Shown: positions 25,987 through 33,961 of the stretch, piece after piece
How positions within the stretch are numbered: position 1 is the stretch's first letter
How the letters are laid out: every line of letters starts with the position of its first letter
Origin: a virus
Taxonomy: Duplodnaviria; Heunggongvirae; Uroviricota; Caudoviricetes
DNA length: 33,961 nt
Strand: one strand, 5' to 3'
Virus record (IMG/VR): IMGVR_UViG_2636415959_000001
Location: 1-33,961 of that record
Made by a program: the position numbers and the translations under genes
Notes under the pieces: generated by a model
What the model was told of the DNA's origin: nothing
The model's input: only the letters and a program-made list of their open reading frames with translations
Databases searched by the model: none

Positions 25987-26008
25987 GCCCACTTCGGTGG
26001 GCTTTTTT
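25987..26008 (+). terminator. Intrinsic terminator after the moron gene
   Basis: GCCCAC-TTCG-GTGGGC hairpin followed by TTTTTT. Confidence 0.65.
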
Positions 26009-26023
26009 ATATCCGGAGTTTAT

Positions 26024-27352
26024 ATGACGTGGAAAGACAGGCTTCAGGACGCGTCATTTCGCGGTGTGCCGTTTAAGGTTGAAGAAGAAAGTGCGGGAAC
26101 AGGTCGCCGTGTGGAAACACACGAATATCCGAACCGCGACAAACCCTATACCGAAGATCTGGGAAAAGTCACTTTCCGCCCGTCCATCACGGCTTATGTG
26201 GTGGGCGATGACTGCTTTGACCAGCGCGATCGCCTGATTGACGCGCTGAATAAACCCGGTCCCGGCACGCTTGTCCACCCGACTTACGGTGAGCTGAAAG
26301 TCTGTGTTGACGGAGAGGTTCGGGTCAGCACATCGAAAAGTGAAGGGCGTATTGTCCGCTTTGACCTGAAGTTTGTCGAAGCGGGAGAACTCTCTTACCC
26401 CACATCAGGTGCGGCGACGGCGCAGACGCTGATGTCATCCTGTTCTGCACTGGATGACTGCATCAGTGACAGCTTCAGCGGTTTCAGTATCGATGGTGTG
26501 GCGGATTTCGTGCAGAACGACGTTATCGGTAATGCCAGCATAATGCTGGGGTATGTTTCTGATGCGATGAAAGTGGTGGATTCTGCCGTATCGGATGCCG
26601 CCAGGCTGTTGCAGGGGGATATCTCGGTACTTCTGCCGCCGCCATCGTCAGGCAAAAATTTCGTTGAGCAGGTGCAGAAAATGTGGCGTACCGGGAAACG
26701 CCTTTATGGTAACGCCAGCGACCTGGTCACCATGATCAAAACGCTTTCCGGTGTCAGCCTCGGCAGCGATCTGCAACCGCGCGGCGTCTGGAAAACGGAC
26801 AGTAAAACCACCGCCACGGCGACGCAGCAGCGTAACGTGGTTGCCAGTACCCTTCGTACGACCGCAATCAGCGAAGCGGCGTATGCCGTCACCCAATTGC
26901 CTGCGCCAACAACTTCCGCGGTGATGCAGAATTCCTCAGTGGGGCAGGCTACAACACCTGCGCAGAGCACTGGCTGGCCTTCCGTCACGCATCCGGCACT
27001 GAACAATGCACCGGCGGTGAAAAACACGGTTGACCTGCCGACGTGGGAAGAACTGACTGACATTCGCGACACACTGAATACGGCAATTGATAAGGAGTTG
27101 TCCCGTACAACCAGTGATGCGCTGTTTCTGGCGCTGCGCCGGGTGAAAGCAGATCTGAATGCGGATATCAACACGCGCCTTGAACAGTCTGCACGGATCA
27201 TTCAGCGCACACCGGATGAGGTTTTACCCGCGCTGGTGCTGGCGGCGACCTGGTTTGATAACGCGGCGCGTGACGCGGACATTATCCGGCGTAATGCCAT
27301 TACGCATCCCGGCTTTGTGCCGGTGATCCCTCTGAAGGTGCCAGTGCAATGA
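26024..27352 (+). CDS. DNA circularization protein (Mu N-like)
   Basis: 442 aa from ATG 26024 (RBS GGAG); N-terminal MTWKDRLQDASFRGVPFKVEEE.. typical of Mu N-like proteins as recalled; position after tape measure. Confidence 0.7.
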   Translation: MTWKDRLQDASFRGVPFKVEEESAGTGRRVETHEYPNRDKPYTEDLGKVTFRPSITAYVVGDDCFDQRDRLIDALNKPGPGTLVHPTYGELKVCVDGEVRVSTSKSEGRIVRFDLKFVEAGELSYPTSGAATAQTLMSSCSALDDCISDSFSGFSIDGVADFVQNDVIGNASIMLGYVSDAMKVVDSAVSDAARLLQGDISVLLPPPSSGKNFVEQVQKMWRTGKRLYGNASDLVTMIKTLSGVSLGSDLQPRGVWKTDSKTTATATQQRNVVASTLRTTAISEAAYAVTQLPAPTTSAVMQNSSVGQATTPAQSTGWPSVTHPALNNAPAVKNTVDLPTWEELTDIRDTLNTAIDKELSRTTSDALFLALRRVKADLNADINTRLEQSARIIQRTPDEVLPALVLAATWFDNAARDADIIRRNAITHPGFVPVIPLKVPVQ

Positions 27353-28428
27353 ACGACAATGTCACGCTACGGGTAAATGGCCGGGAGTGGAATGGCTGGA
27401 CATCGGTGCGCATCGGTGCCGGTATTGAACGGCTGGCGCGGGATTTCAGTGTGGAGATCACCCGCCAGTGGCCGGGAGATGAGGGTATTACCACGCTTCA
27501 GTCGCGCATTAAAAACGGTTCAAAAGTGGAGGTGCTGATTGGTGATGAGCTGGTGATCACCGGCTGGGTGGAGGCGACGCCCGTTCGTTACGATGCCCGT
27601 TCGGTCAGCACCGGTATTGCCGGACGCAGTCTGACCGCTGACCTGATTGACTGTGCAGCCGAACCGACACAGTTTAACGGACGATCGCTGGTACAGATTG
27701 CGCAGGCGCTTGCTGCGCCTTTCGGCATTGAGGTGGTGAACAGCGGTGCGCCGTCGGGTGTTATTCCTGATGTTCAGCCTGATCACGGTGAAACGGTGAT
27801 TGAGGTAATCAACAAAATACTCGGTCAGCAGCAGGCACTGGCTTACGACGACCCGCACGGCAGGCTGGTGATTGGCGGTATTGGCTCAACGCGGGCACAT
27901 ACTGCGCTGGTACTCGGGGAAAACATCCTTTCCTGCGATACGGAGAAGAGTATCCGGGAGCGATTTTCTGTTTACCAGGTGGCGGGGCAGCGTGCCGGAA
28001 ACGACGATGATTTCGGTGAGGCCACCACCACCGCGCTGCGGGCCCGCACAGAGGACGCATTTATTGCCCGTTACCGTCCGATGTATATCAGGCAGACAGG
28101 GCAGGCTACGGGGGCAGGCTGTATTGCGCGTGCTGACTTTGAAGCCCGGCAACGGGCGGCGCGGACGGATGAAACCACCTATGTGGTGCAGGGCTGGCGA
28201 CAGGGTAACGGTACGCTGTGGCAGCCCAACCAGCGGGTGATTGTCTTTGATCCGGTCTGTGGTTTCGACAATACCGAACTGCTTGTTTCGGAAGTCACGT
28301 TTACTCAGGACCAGAACGGCACCCTGACGGAAATCCGTGTCGGCCCGCCTGATGCTTATCTGCCTGAACCCGAAGCCCCCGGCGCGCGGAAAAAGAAAAA
28401 AGCCAGAGTACAGGAGGACCCGTTCTGA
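27349..28428 (+). CDS. Baseplate hub / tail protein (Mu P/gp44-like)
   Basis: 359 aa; position in the Mu-type baseplate series; 4-nt overlap with the upstream gene. Confidence 0.7.
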   Translation: MNDNVTLRVNGREWNGWTSVRIGAGIERLARDFSVEITRQWPGDEGITTLQSRIKNGSKVEVLIGDELVITGWVEATPVRYDARSVSTGIAGRSLTADLIDCAAEPTQFNGRSLVQIAQALAAPFGIEVVNSGAPSGVIPDVQPDHGETVIEVINKILGQQQALAYDDPHGRLVIGGIGSTRAHTALVLGENILSCDTEKSIRERFSVYQVAGQRAGNDDDFGEATTTALRARTEDAFIARYRPMYIRQTGQATGAGCIARADFEARQRAARTDETTYVVQGWRQGNGTLWQPNQRVIVFDPVCGFDNTELLVSEVTFTQDQNGTLTEIRVGPPDAYLPEPEAPGARKKKKARVQEDPF

Positions 28429-28976
28429 TGAGGACGATTGAAGCCATGCAGCGACAACTCCTCGGCCTGATTGGGCGGGCAGTGGTGAAAAGCATCAGTG
28501 CCGCCACGAAATGTCAGACCGTGGATGTGTCCCTGATTGCCGGTGAACCCAAAGCCGGGATTGAACATCTTGAGCCCTACGGTTTTACCGCAAGGGCAAA
28601 CAGCGGTGCGGAAGCGGTGGTGTTGTTTCCGGATGGCGACCGTTCTCATGCGGTGGTTGTTACGGTGTCGGACCGGCGCTACCGCCTGAAAGGGCTGCAG
28701 ACGGGTGAGGTGGCTGTCTATGACGATCAGGGGCAGTCTGTGACGCTGACCCGGGAGGGGATCGTGGTGGACGGTGCAGGTAAAACGATCACGTTTCGCA
28801 ATGCGCCTAAGGCACGTTTTGAAATGGACCTGGAAGTGACAGGACAGGTGAAAGACCTGTGCGACTCCGGCGGCACCACCATGTCAGCGATGCGGCTTGC
28901 CTATAACGGGCATCGTCACAGAGAGAACGGTCAGGGCAGTAACACCGACAAACCGGATAAAGCGATGGAGGCATGA
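28428..28976 (+). CDS. Baseplate assembly/spike protein (Mu gp45-like, V-type)
   Basis: 182 aa; position and size. Confidence 0.65.
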   Translation: MRTIEAMQRQLLGLIGRAVVKSISAATKCQTVDVSLIAGEPKAGIEHLEPYGFTARANSGAEAVVLFPDGDRSHAVVVTVSDRRYRLKGLQTGEVAVYDDQGQSVTLTREGIVVDGAGKTITFRNAPKARFEMDLEVTGQVKDLCDSGGTTMSAMRLAYNGHRHRENGQGSNTDKPDKAMEA

Positions 28977-29401
28977 TGGAACTGTGGCTGACGGTGAACG
29001 GTAAACGCACCTGCGCCAGCGCACCGCTGGATCCGCTGACCCGCGCTGTGGTGATTTCCCTGTTTACCTGGCGGCGGGCGGAGCCTGATGACAACGCCGA
29101 CGTCCCGATGGGATGGTGGGGGGATACCTGGCCTGCGGTACAGAATGACCGTTACGGCTCCCGACTGTGGCTGCTTCAGCGCAGCAAACTGACCAATCAG
29201 CTGGTGCAGACGGTAAGGGGGTATATCCGCGAATGCCTGCAATGGATGATTGATGACGGCGTGGTGTCCCGTATTGATCTGGATATCCGCCGTACCGGGA
29301 TTAATGAACTGGGTAACAGTATCACTCTCTGGCGTCGTGACGGACCGGTAATGATTTCTTTTGATGATCTGTGGAGTGCGATAACGCATGGCGGACAGTG
29401 A
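28973..29401 (+). CDS. Baseplate protein (Mu gp46-like, W/gp25 family)
   Basis: 142 aa; position. Confidence 0.6.
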   Translation: MMELWLTVNGKRTCASAPLDPLTRAVVISLFTWRRAEPDDNADVPMGWWGDTWPAVQNDRYGSRLWLLQRSKLTNQLVQTVRGYIRECLQWMIDDGVVSRIDLDIRRTGINELGNSITLWRRDGPVMISFDDLWSAITHGGQ

Positions 29402-30446
29402 ATTTCAGCGCCCGACGCTGGCAGAAAATATCAGTATGCTCCGTAACGATTTATTCGCCAGGCTGGACGTCAGCGACACGCTCCGGCGCATGGATGAAGA
29501 CGTGCGGGCAAAGGTGTATGCGGCGGCGCTGCATACGGTCTACGGTTACATCGATTATCTGGCAATGAACATGCTGCCTGACCTGTGCGATGAGTCCTGG
29601 CTGGCGCGACATGCTGCGATGAAACGGTGTCCGCGCAAGGGGGCCACGGCTGCCAGCGGGTATATGCGCTGGGAAGGTGTCAGCGATGGCCTGAAGGTGA
29701 CCGCCGGGAGTGTTATTCAGCGCGATGACCTGGTGCAGTACACGGCAACTGCCGATGCAACCAGCTCCGGTGGTGTCCTGCGCGTGCCGATCGCCTGCTC
29801 AAGTGCAGGCGCGGTCGGTAACGCTGACGACGGTACGTCATTAATCCTGGTCACGCCGGTGAATGGTCTGCCGTCTTCCGGCGTGGCAGATACACTGACA
29901 GGTGGATTTGATACTGAAGAGCTGGAAACGTGGCGCGCCCGCGTCATTGAGCGGTATTACTGGACGCCGCAGGGCGGGGCTGACGGGGACTATGTCGTCT
30001 GGGCTAAAGAAGTGCCCGGCATTACCCGCGCATGGACATACCGACACTGGATGGGAACGGGGACTGTCGGTGTGATGATTGCCAGCAGCGACCTGATTAA
30101 TCCCATTCCGGAAGAATCAACGGAAACGGCGGCAAGGCTGCATATCGAGCCACTGGCCCCGGTGGCAGGCTCTGATTTGTATGTGTTCAGGCCGGTGGCA
30201 CATACGGTGGATTTTCATATCCGTGTGACGCCGGACACACCGGAAATACGGGCTGCCATCACCGCGGAGTTGCGTTCGTTCCTGCTGCGTGATGGTTATC
30301 CGCAGGGAGAACTGAAGGTGTCACGTATCAGTGAAGCGATTTCCGGTGCGAACGGGGAATACAGCCATCAGTTGCTTGCACCGGCGGACAATATCTCCAT
30401 TGCAAAAAATGAACTGGCGGTACTGGGGACGATTTCATGGACGTGA
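29388..30446 (+). CDS. Baseplate J-like protein (Mu gp47-like)
   Basis: 352 aa; position and size. Confidence 0.75.
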   Translation: MADSEFQRPTLAENISMLRNDLFARLDVSDTLRRMDEDVRAKVYAAALHTVYGYIDYLAMNMLPDLCDESWLARHAAMKRCPRKGATAASGYMRWEGVSDGLKVTAGSVIQRDDLVQYTATADATSSGGVLRVPIACSSAGAVGNADDGTSLILVTPVNGLPSSGVADTLTGGFDTEELETWRARVIERYYWTPQGGADGDYVVWAKEVPGITRAWTYRHWMGTGTVGVMIASSDLINPIPEESTETAARLHIEPLAPVAGSDLYVFRPVAHTVDFHIRVTPDTPEIRAAITAELRSFLLRDGYPQGELKVSRISEAISGANGEYSHQLLAPADNISIAKNELAVLGTISWT

Positions 30447-31021
30447 CAAACGATGATTACATCCGTCTGTTGTCGGCACTGCTGCCGCCCGGTCCGGCGT
30501 GGTCAGCCAGAGATCCGGCGATTGCCGGTACGGCACCGTCATTAACCCGTGTTCATCAGCGTGCGGATGCCCTGATGCGGGAGCTGGATCCGCGCACCAC
30601 CACCGAACTGATAAACCGCTGGGAGCGTCTGTGCGGCCTGCCGGATGAATGTATTCCTACAGGGACACAGACCCTTCGCCAGCGCCAGCAACGGCTGGAT
30701 GCGAAGGTTAACCTGTCGGGTGGCATCAACGAGGATTTTTATCTTGCACAGCTTGCTGCCCTGGGCAGACCAGATGCCACCATCACGCGATACGACAAAA
30801 GCACGTTCACCTGCTCATCGGCCTGTACTGACGCGGTGAATGCGCCGGAATGGCGGTATTACTGGCAGGTCAACATGCCAGCCGCCACCAACACCACCTG
30901 GATGACATGTGGCGATCCCTGTGATTCCGCACTGCGTATCTGGGGCGACACCGTTGTCGAGTGTGTGCTTAACAAACTCTGCCCGTCGCATACCTACGTA
31001 ATTTTTAAATATCCGGAGTAA
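30437..31021 (+). CDS. Tail protein (Mu gp48-like)
   Basis: 194 aa; position before the tail fibre gene. Confidence 0.6.
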   Translation: MDVTNDDYIRLLSALLPPGPAWSARDPAIAGTAPSLTRVHQRADALMRELDPRTTTELINRWERLCGLPDECIPTGTQTLRQRQQRLDAKVNLSGGINEDFYLAQLAALGRPDATITRYDKSTFTCSSACTDAVNAPEWRYYWQVNMPAATNTTWMTCGDPCDSALRIWGDTVVECVLNKLCPSHTYVIFKYPE

Positions 31022-31024
31022 TCC

Positions 31025-31825
31025 ATGCATCGTATAGACACGAAAACCGCGCAGAAGGATAAGTTCGGCGCGGGTAAGAACGGTTTTACCCGTGGTAATC
31101 CCCAGACTGGTACGCCTGCCACCGATCTGGATGATGACTACTTTGACATGTTGCAGGAGGAGCTTTGCAGCGTTGTGGAGGCATCCGGTGCCAGCCTGGA
31201 GAAGGGGCGGCATGACCAGTTGCTTACCGCACTTCGCGCACTGCTGTTAAGCCGCAATAATCCGTTTGGTGATATCAAATCGGACGGCACTGTGCAAACG
31301 GCTCTCGAAAACCTTGGTTTGGGAGAAGGTTCAGCATTACCGGTTGGTGTGCCTGTTCCGTGGCCTTCAGCTACACCACCGACAGGCTGGTTGAAATGCA
31401 ATGGTGCAGCTTTTTCTGCTGAAGAATACCCGGAACTGGCAAAGGCTTACCCGACAAATAAATTGCCTGATTTACGCGGTGAGTTTATTCGTGGCTGGGA
31501 TGATGGACGCGGTGTGGATACGGGGAGGGCAATATTATCATCTCAGGGCGATGCCATACGTAATATCTATGGTGAGTTCAAGACTGTAAACGCCGAAAAT
31601 TATTCAATATGGGAATCAGTAGACTCTTTTAAGGGGGCAGTGGTGCCTTTGAACCCCTCAACGGACAATAGTTATTTCTCCATAATCAATAGTATGTTGA
31701 CACAAAGAACAGATGGCTCTGTTTACCCAACAGTGATTGGCCTTGATGCTTCAAGAATTGTTCCAACTGCAAACGAAAACCGTCCACGAAATATTGCATT
31801 TAACTTTATCGTGAGGGCTGCATAA
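31025..31825 (+). CDS. Tail fibre protein with tail-collar domain
   Basis: 266 aa; ..[49 protein letters not shown].. fits the phage tail-collar motif; C-terminal part AT-rich. Confidence 0.75.
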   Translation: MHRIDTKTAQKDKFGAGKNGFTRGNPQTGTPATDLDDDYFDMLQEELCSVVEASGASLEKGRHDQLLTALRALLLSRNNPFGDIKSDGTVQTALENLGLGEGSALPVGVPVPWPSATPPTGWLKCNGAAFSAEEYPELAKAYPTNKLPDLRGEFIRGWDDGRGVDTGRAILSSQGDAIRNIYGEFKTVNAENYSIWESVDSFKGAVVPLNPSTDNSYFSIINSMLTQRTDGSVYPTVIGLDASRIVPTANENRPRNIAFNFIVRAA

Positions 31826-32427
31826 TGGATAACGCTGTATTAAATAGCGAGCTTATTGCCACGAAGGCGGGGAATATTACCGTCTATAGCTATGATGGTG
31901 AAACTCGGGAATATATTTCCACTTCAAATGAATATCTTGCCGTTGGCGTCGGTATCCCGGCATGTTCTTGTTTAGATGCACCAGTTACACATAAAGCTGG
32001 TTATGCAATCTGCCGTTCTGCAGATTTTAACTCATGGGAATATGTGCCAGACCATCGCGGTGAAATCATCTATAGCACCGAAACAGGAGAATCGAAAGAA
32101 ATCACAGCTCTGGGTGATTACCCTGAAAATACAACCACTATCGCCCCGTTAATGCCATATGATAAATGGGATGGTGAGAAATGGGTGACAGATACTGAGG
32201 CACAGCATAGTGCCGCAGTAGACGCGGCAGAAGCACAGCGCCAGTCACTGATTGATGCAGCAATGGCTTCCATTAGTCTGATTCAGCTGAAATTACAGGC
32301 CGGACGTAAACTGACGCAGGCAGAAACAACCAGACTTAACGCCGTGCTGGATTACATTGACGCGGTGACGGCAACAGATACCAGCACCGCGCCGGATGTC
32401 ATCTGGCCTGAACTGCCGGAGGCGTAG
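31825..32427 (+). CDS. Tail fibre assembly protein (Tfa)
   Basis: 200 aa directly after the tail fibre (ATGA overlap); typical Tfa composition. Confidence 0.7.
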   Translation: MDNAVLNSELIATKAGNITVYSYDGETREYISTSNEYLAVGVGIPACSCLDAPVTHKAGYAICRSADFNSWEYVPDHRGEIIYSTETGESKEITALGDYPENTTTIAPLMPYDKWDGEKWVTDTEAQHSAAVDAAEAQRQSLIDAAMASISLIQLKLQAGRKLTQAETTRLNAVLDYIDAVTATDTSTAPDVIWPELPEA

Positions 32428-32818
32428 GCCATTCAATATCGAGTGCTGTTGAAGTATTAATACGCATCAATAGCACTCGATATTCTTTCCATGCCAGTAA
32501 CAGTTTCGTTTCATCATCTGTTGCCATACCTAAATCAACCGCATCCTGAAGCGGAGCTATTACATTCGTTGCCTCTGCTATCAGTGCAGATTTCTTTTCA
32601 TCATTTATTAAGGCTAATTGTTCTGGTGTTGGAGAAGGACGGTCAACAATGACAGGATGACCGTTCTCACCACAGGTAATCATTTTTGTTACACTCTGTG
32701 CATTAATCAGTGTTTTCCACTCTGATTCCGAGATTTCCACTGCATCATCAGGAATATTGGTGCCGTGAAATTCAGTCGAATAAAATCCGTTTGTCGATGC
32801 AGAATAAAAATATGACAT
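32399..32818 (-). CDS. Tail fibre assembly protein, second copy in inverted orientation
   Basis: 139 aa from ATG 32818 (MSYFYSASTNGFYSTEF.., a typical Tfa N-terminus); convergent with the plus-strand Tfa. Confidence 0.65.
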   Translation of the reverse strand: MSYFYSASTNGFYSTEFHGTNIPDDAVEISESEWKTLINAQSVTKMITCGENGHPVIVDRPSPTPEQLALINDEKKSALIAEATNVIAPLQDAVDLGMATDDETKLLLAWKEYRVLLMRINTSTALDIEWPTPPAVQAR

Positions 32819-32822
32819 TTCG

Positions 32823-33221
32823 TTAATATCCCATTGCAATGTAATACGCATCAGCAGATGAACCATATCCTGAACCGGGCGACACTGTAATATTAAATCC
32901 AGTGTTCTGGACATTTGTCGCCGATACAGTCGGCTGCCCTGACGCGCCAGTAACGTTCAATGTAACTGTGACAGCAAGGACTCTTGAGAATGTCATCGGG
33001 AACCTTATCTCGTATGTTGAAGAAACATTCGGGGAGCCATTCAACTGACCGCACTGTAAAATTAAACCAGACGGAAATTTTTGCGCAGCAGCCGTTGCGG
33101 TATTACTTGACGCGAACAGGCTCATATCAGGTATCTGATTCGCCCCTGTACCTACATTCCTTTTAGCTGCTTCTCCCAAACCAACGTTTACGAAAATAAA
33201 AATCCGCCACAGCGTAATCAA
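32823..33221 (-). other. Inverted tail-fibre C-terminal (receptor-binding-like) coding segment lacking its own N-terminal part
   Basis: Minus-strand ORF ending 4 nt before the inverted Tfa; track start is a non-ATG codon inside the dinI terminator; first in-frame ATG at 33125 has no clear RBS. Confidence 0.45.
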
Positions 33222-33240
33222 AACGTAACAGTGGCGGATA
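33191..33240 (-). terminator. Intrinsic terminator downstream of the dinI-like gene
   Basis: ATCCGCCAC / GTGGCGGAT stem (33202-33210 / 33231-33239), large loop, followed on the minus strand by TTTTTATTTT. Confidence 0.5.
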
Positions 33241-33250
33241 TTGAAAAACT

Positions 33251-33493
33251 TTACTCACTCACTAACCAAAATTCAGCCTCTTCAAACATTTCCTGGACTA
33301 CTGCACTGATCCGTTCCTTCTCGTGCTTGCTGGCGTCAGTGTTGATCGCCGGTAGTGTCATCATCGGTTTAACCCGAACATCAGCGTCAGGGAAAATCCG
33401 GTGAACCCTCTTGGTCAATTCGCCCAGAATGATATCTTTTGCACCGGGAAGACCATCAAAATTCCTTTTGTCATAAACGAGTTCCACGAACAT
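33251..33493 (-). CDS. dinI: DinI-family protein
   Basis: 80 aa; ..FPDADVRV.. and acidic C-terminus ..EEAEFWLVSE parallel E. coli DinI (..DDWFVSE) as recalled; LexA box in its promoter. Confidence 0.8.
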   Translation of the reverse strand: MFVELVYDKRNFDGLPGAKDIILGELTKRVHRIFPDADVRVKPMMTLPAINTDASKHEKERISAVVQEMFEEAEFWLVSE

Positions 33494-33508
33494 TGCTCAT
33501 TGCCTCTT

Positions 33509-33528
33509 TGCTGGATGGATATACAGTA
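33509..33528. promoter_or_regulatory. LexA (SOS) box in the divergent dinI-like / umuD'-like promoter region
   Basis: Minus-strand reading TACTGTATATCCATCCAGCA (CTGT-N8-CCAG), very close to the E. coli dinI box as I recall it; lies between -35 TTGCTG and -10 TATACT (plus strand) and directly downstream of -10 TATAAA (minus strand). Confidence 0.6.
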
Positions 33529-33571
33529 TTTATACTGTGTTTTTATCCGGTATTCAAGAGAGGGCGTAAAC

Positions 33572-33961
33572 ATGGGCTTTCCTTCACCTGCTGCAGATTA
33601 TGTTGAAACACGAATCTCCCTCGATCAGCAGTTAATCAGCCAGCCCGCAGCGACTTATTTCATGCGTGCATCGCGTTCACATTTCAGGGAAGGGATAATT
33701 CAGGGGGCGCTGCTTGTTGTTGATGCCTCACTTTCAGCCTGTGATGGCTCGCTGCTGATCTGCGCGATAGACGGAGAATTTAGGATCAAGCGATATCGGA
33801 CACATCCTCAACCCCACCTCGTTAATCTGGAGAACGGGAGAAAGGAGGCGCTGCCAGTAGATGATGGCGGTTACAGTTCTGCACCCGCTGTATTTGGGGT
33901 GCTTACTTACATCATCAATGACGCCAGGAATGCAGAGTTTGATGATTGCCCGGTGATGTGA
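33572..33961 (+). CDS. UmuD'-like protein (S24-family fold, N-terminally pre-truncated, catalytic Ser not conserved)
   Basis: 129 aa from ATG 33572 (RBS GAGAGGG); starts MGFPSPAADYVE.., aligning to E. coli UmuD from Gly25 (..CGFPSPAADYVEQ..); GDSM position reads RSHF; Lys of ..EFRIKR.. retained; stop is the last codon of the window. Confidence 0.75.
   Translation: MGFPSPAADYVETRISLDQQLISQPAATYFMRASRSHFREGIIQGALLVVDASLSACDGSLLICAIDGEFRIKRYRTHPQPHLVNLENGRKEALPVDDGGYSSAPAVFGVLTYIINDARNAEFDDCPVM

Noticed and set aside
26704-27201. 165-aa minus-strand ORF within the DNA-circularization gene
   Set aside because: Antisense overlap with a well-supported gene; shadow ORF.
31025-33221. Site-specific invertase (Gin/Pin/Cin type) controlling the inverted tail-fibre cassette
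   Set aside because: No serine recombinase-like ORF next to the cassette within the window; the following genes are dinI-like and umuD'-like.
33535-33550. Possible second LexA box CTGTGTTTTTATCCGG
   Set aside because: Only one canonical half-site (CTGT); the second half (CCGG) deviates at two positions; likely fortuitous.
33401-33571. N-terminal extension of the umuD'-like ORF (track start MNPLGQ at 33401)
   Set aside because: Would run through the dinI-like coding region on the other strand and through the LexA box and promoter; ATG 33572 has a proper RBS.
1-33961. CRISPR arrays, rRNA, tRNA or tmRNA genes
   Set aside because: No regularly spaced short direct repeats with unique spacers and no structured-RNA gene candidates seen; the window is densely protein-coding.

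Overview
The window is almost entirely a mosaic temperate-phage genome (prophage) of an enterobacterial type; its ends lie outside the window (the integrase stop codon sits at position 1, and the last gene ends at 33961). Order, left to right: tyrosine integrase and excisionase-like gene (minus strand); a leftward early operon of mostly unknown small proteins that includes a truncated beta-clamp (DnaN)-like protein and a BRO-N protein; an AT-rich three-gene island next to the repressor; a cI-like repressor and Cro-like switch; a replication module (initiator with embedded iterons, fused primase-helicase); a Q antiterminator, PR'-like late promoter and an S/R/Rz/Rz1 lysis cassette that matches phage lambda as I recall it; HNH endonuclease and terminase; an HK97-type head module; a Mu-type contractile tail and baseplate module; tail fibre and assembly genes with an inverted second cassette; and a divergent LexA-box-controlled DinI-like / UmuD'-like pair at the right edge. 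All calls rest on reading the supplied ORF translations and the DNA by eye against remembered family motifs; no database search was run. I did not find a clearly recognisable new system. The best candidates for uncharacterised accessory functions are a self-contained AT-rich moron between the tape-measure and DNA-circularization genes (25520-26008), the AT-rich island beside cI containing a standalone S24 peptidase (4965-6082), and the truncated clamp homolog (2961-3527). No CRISPR array, tRNA or rRNA was seen.
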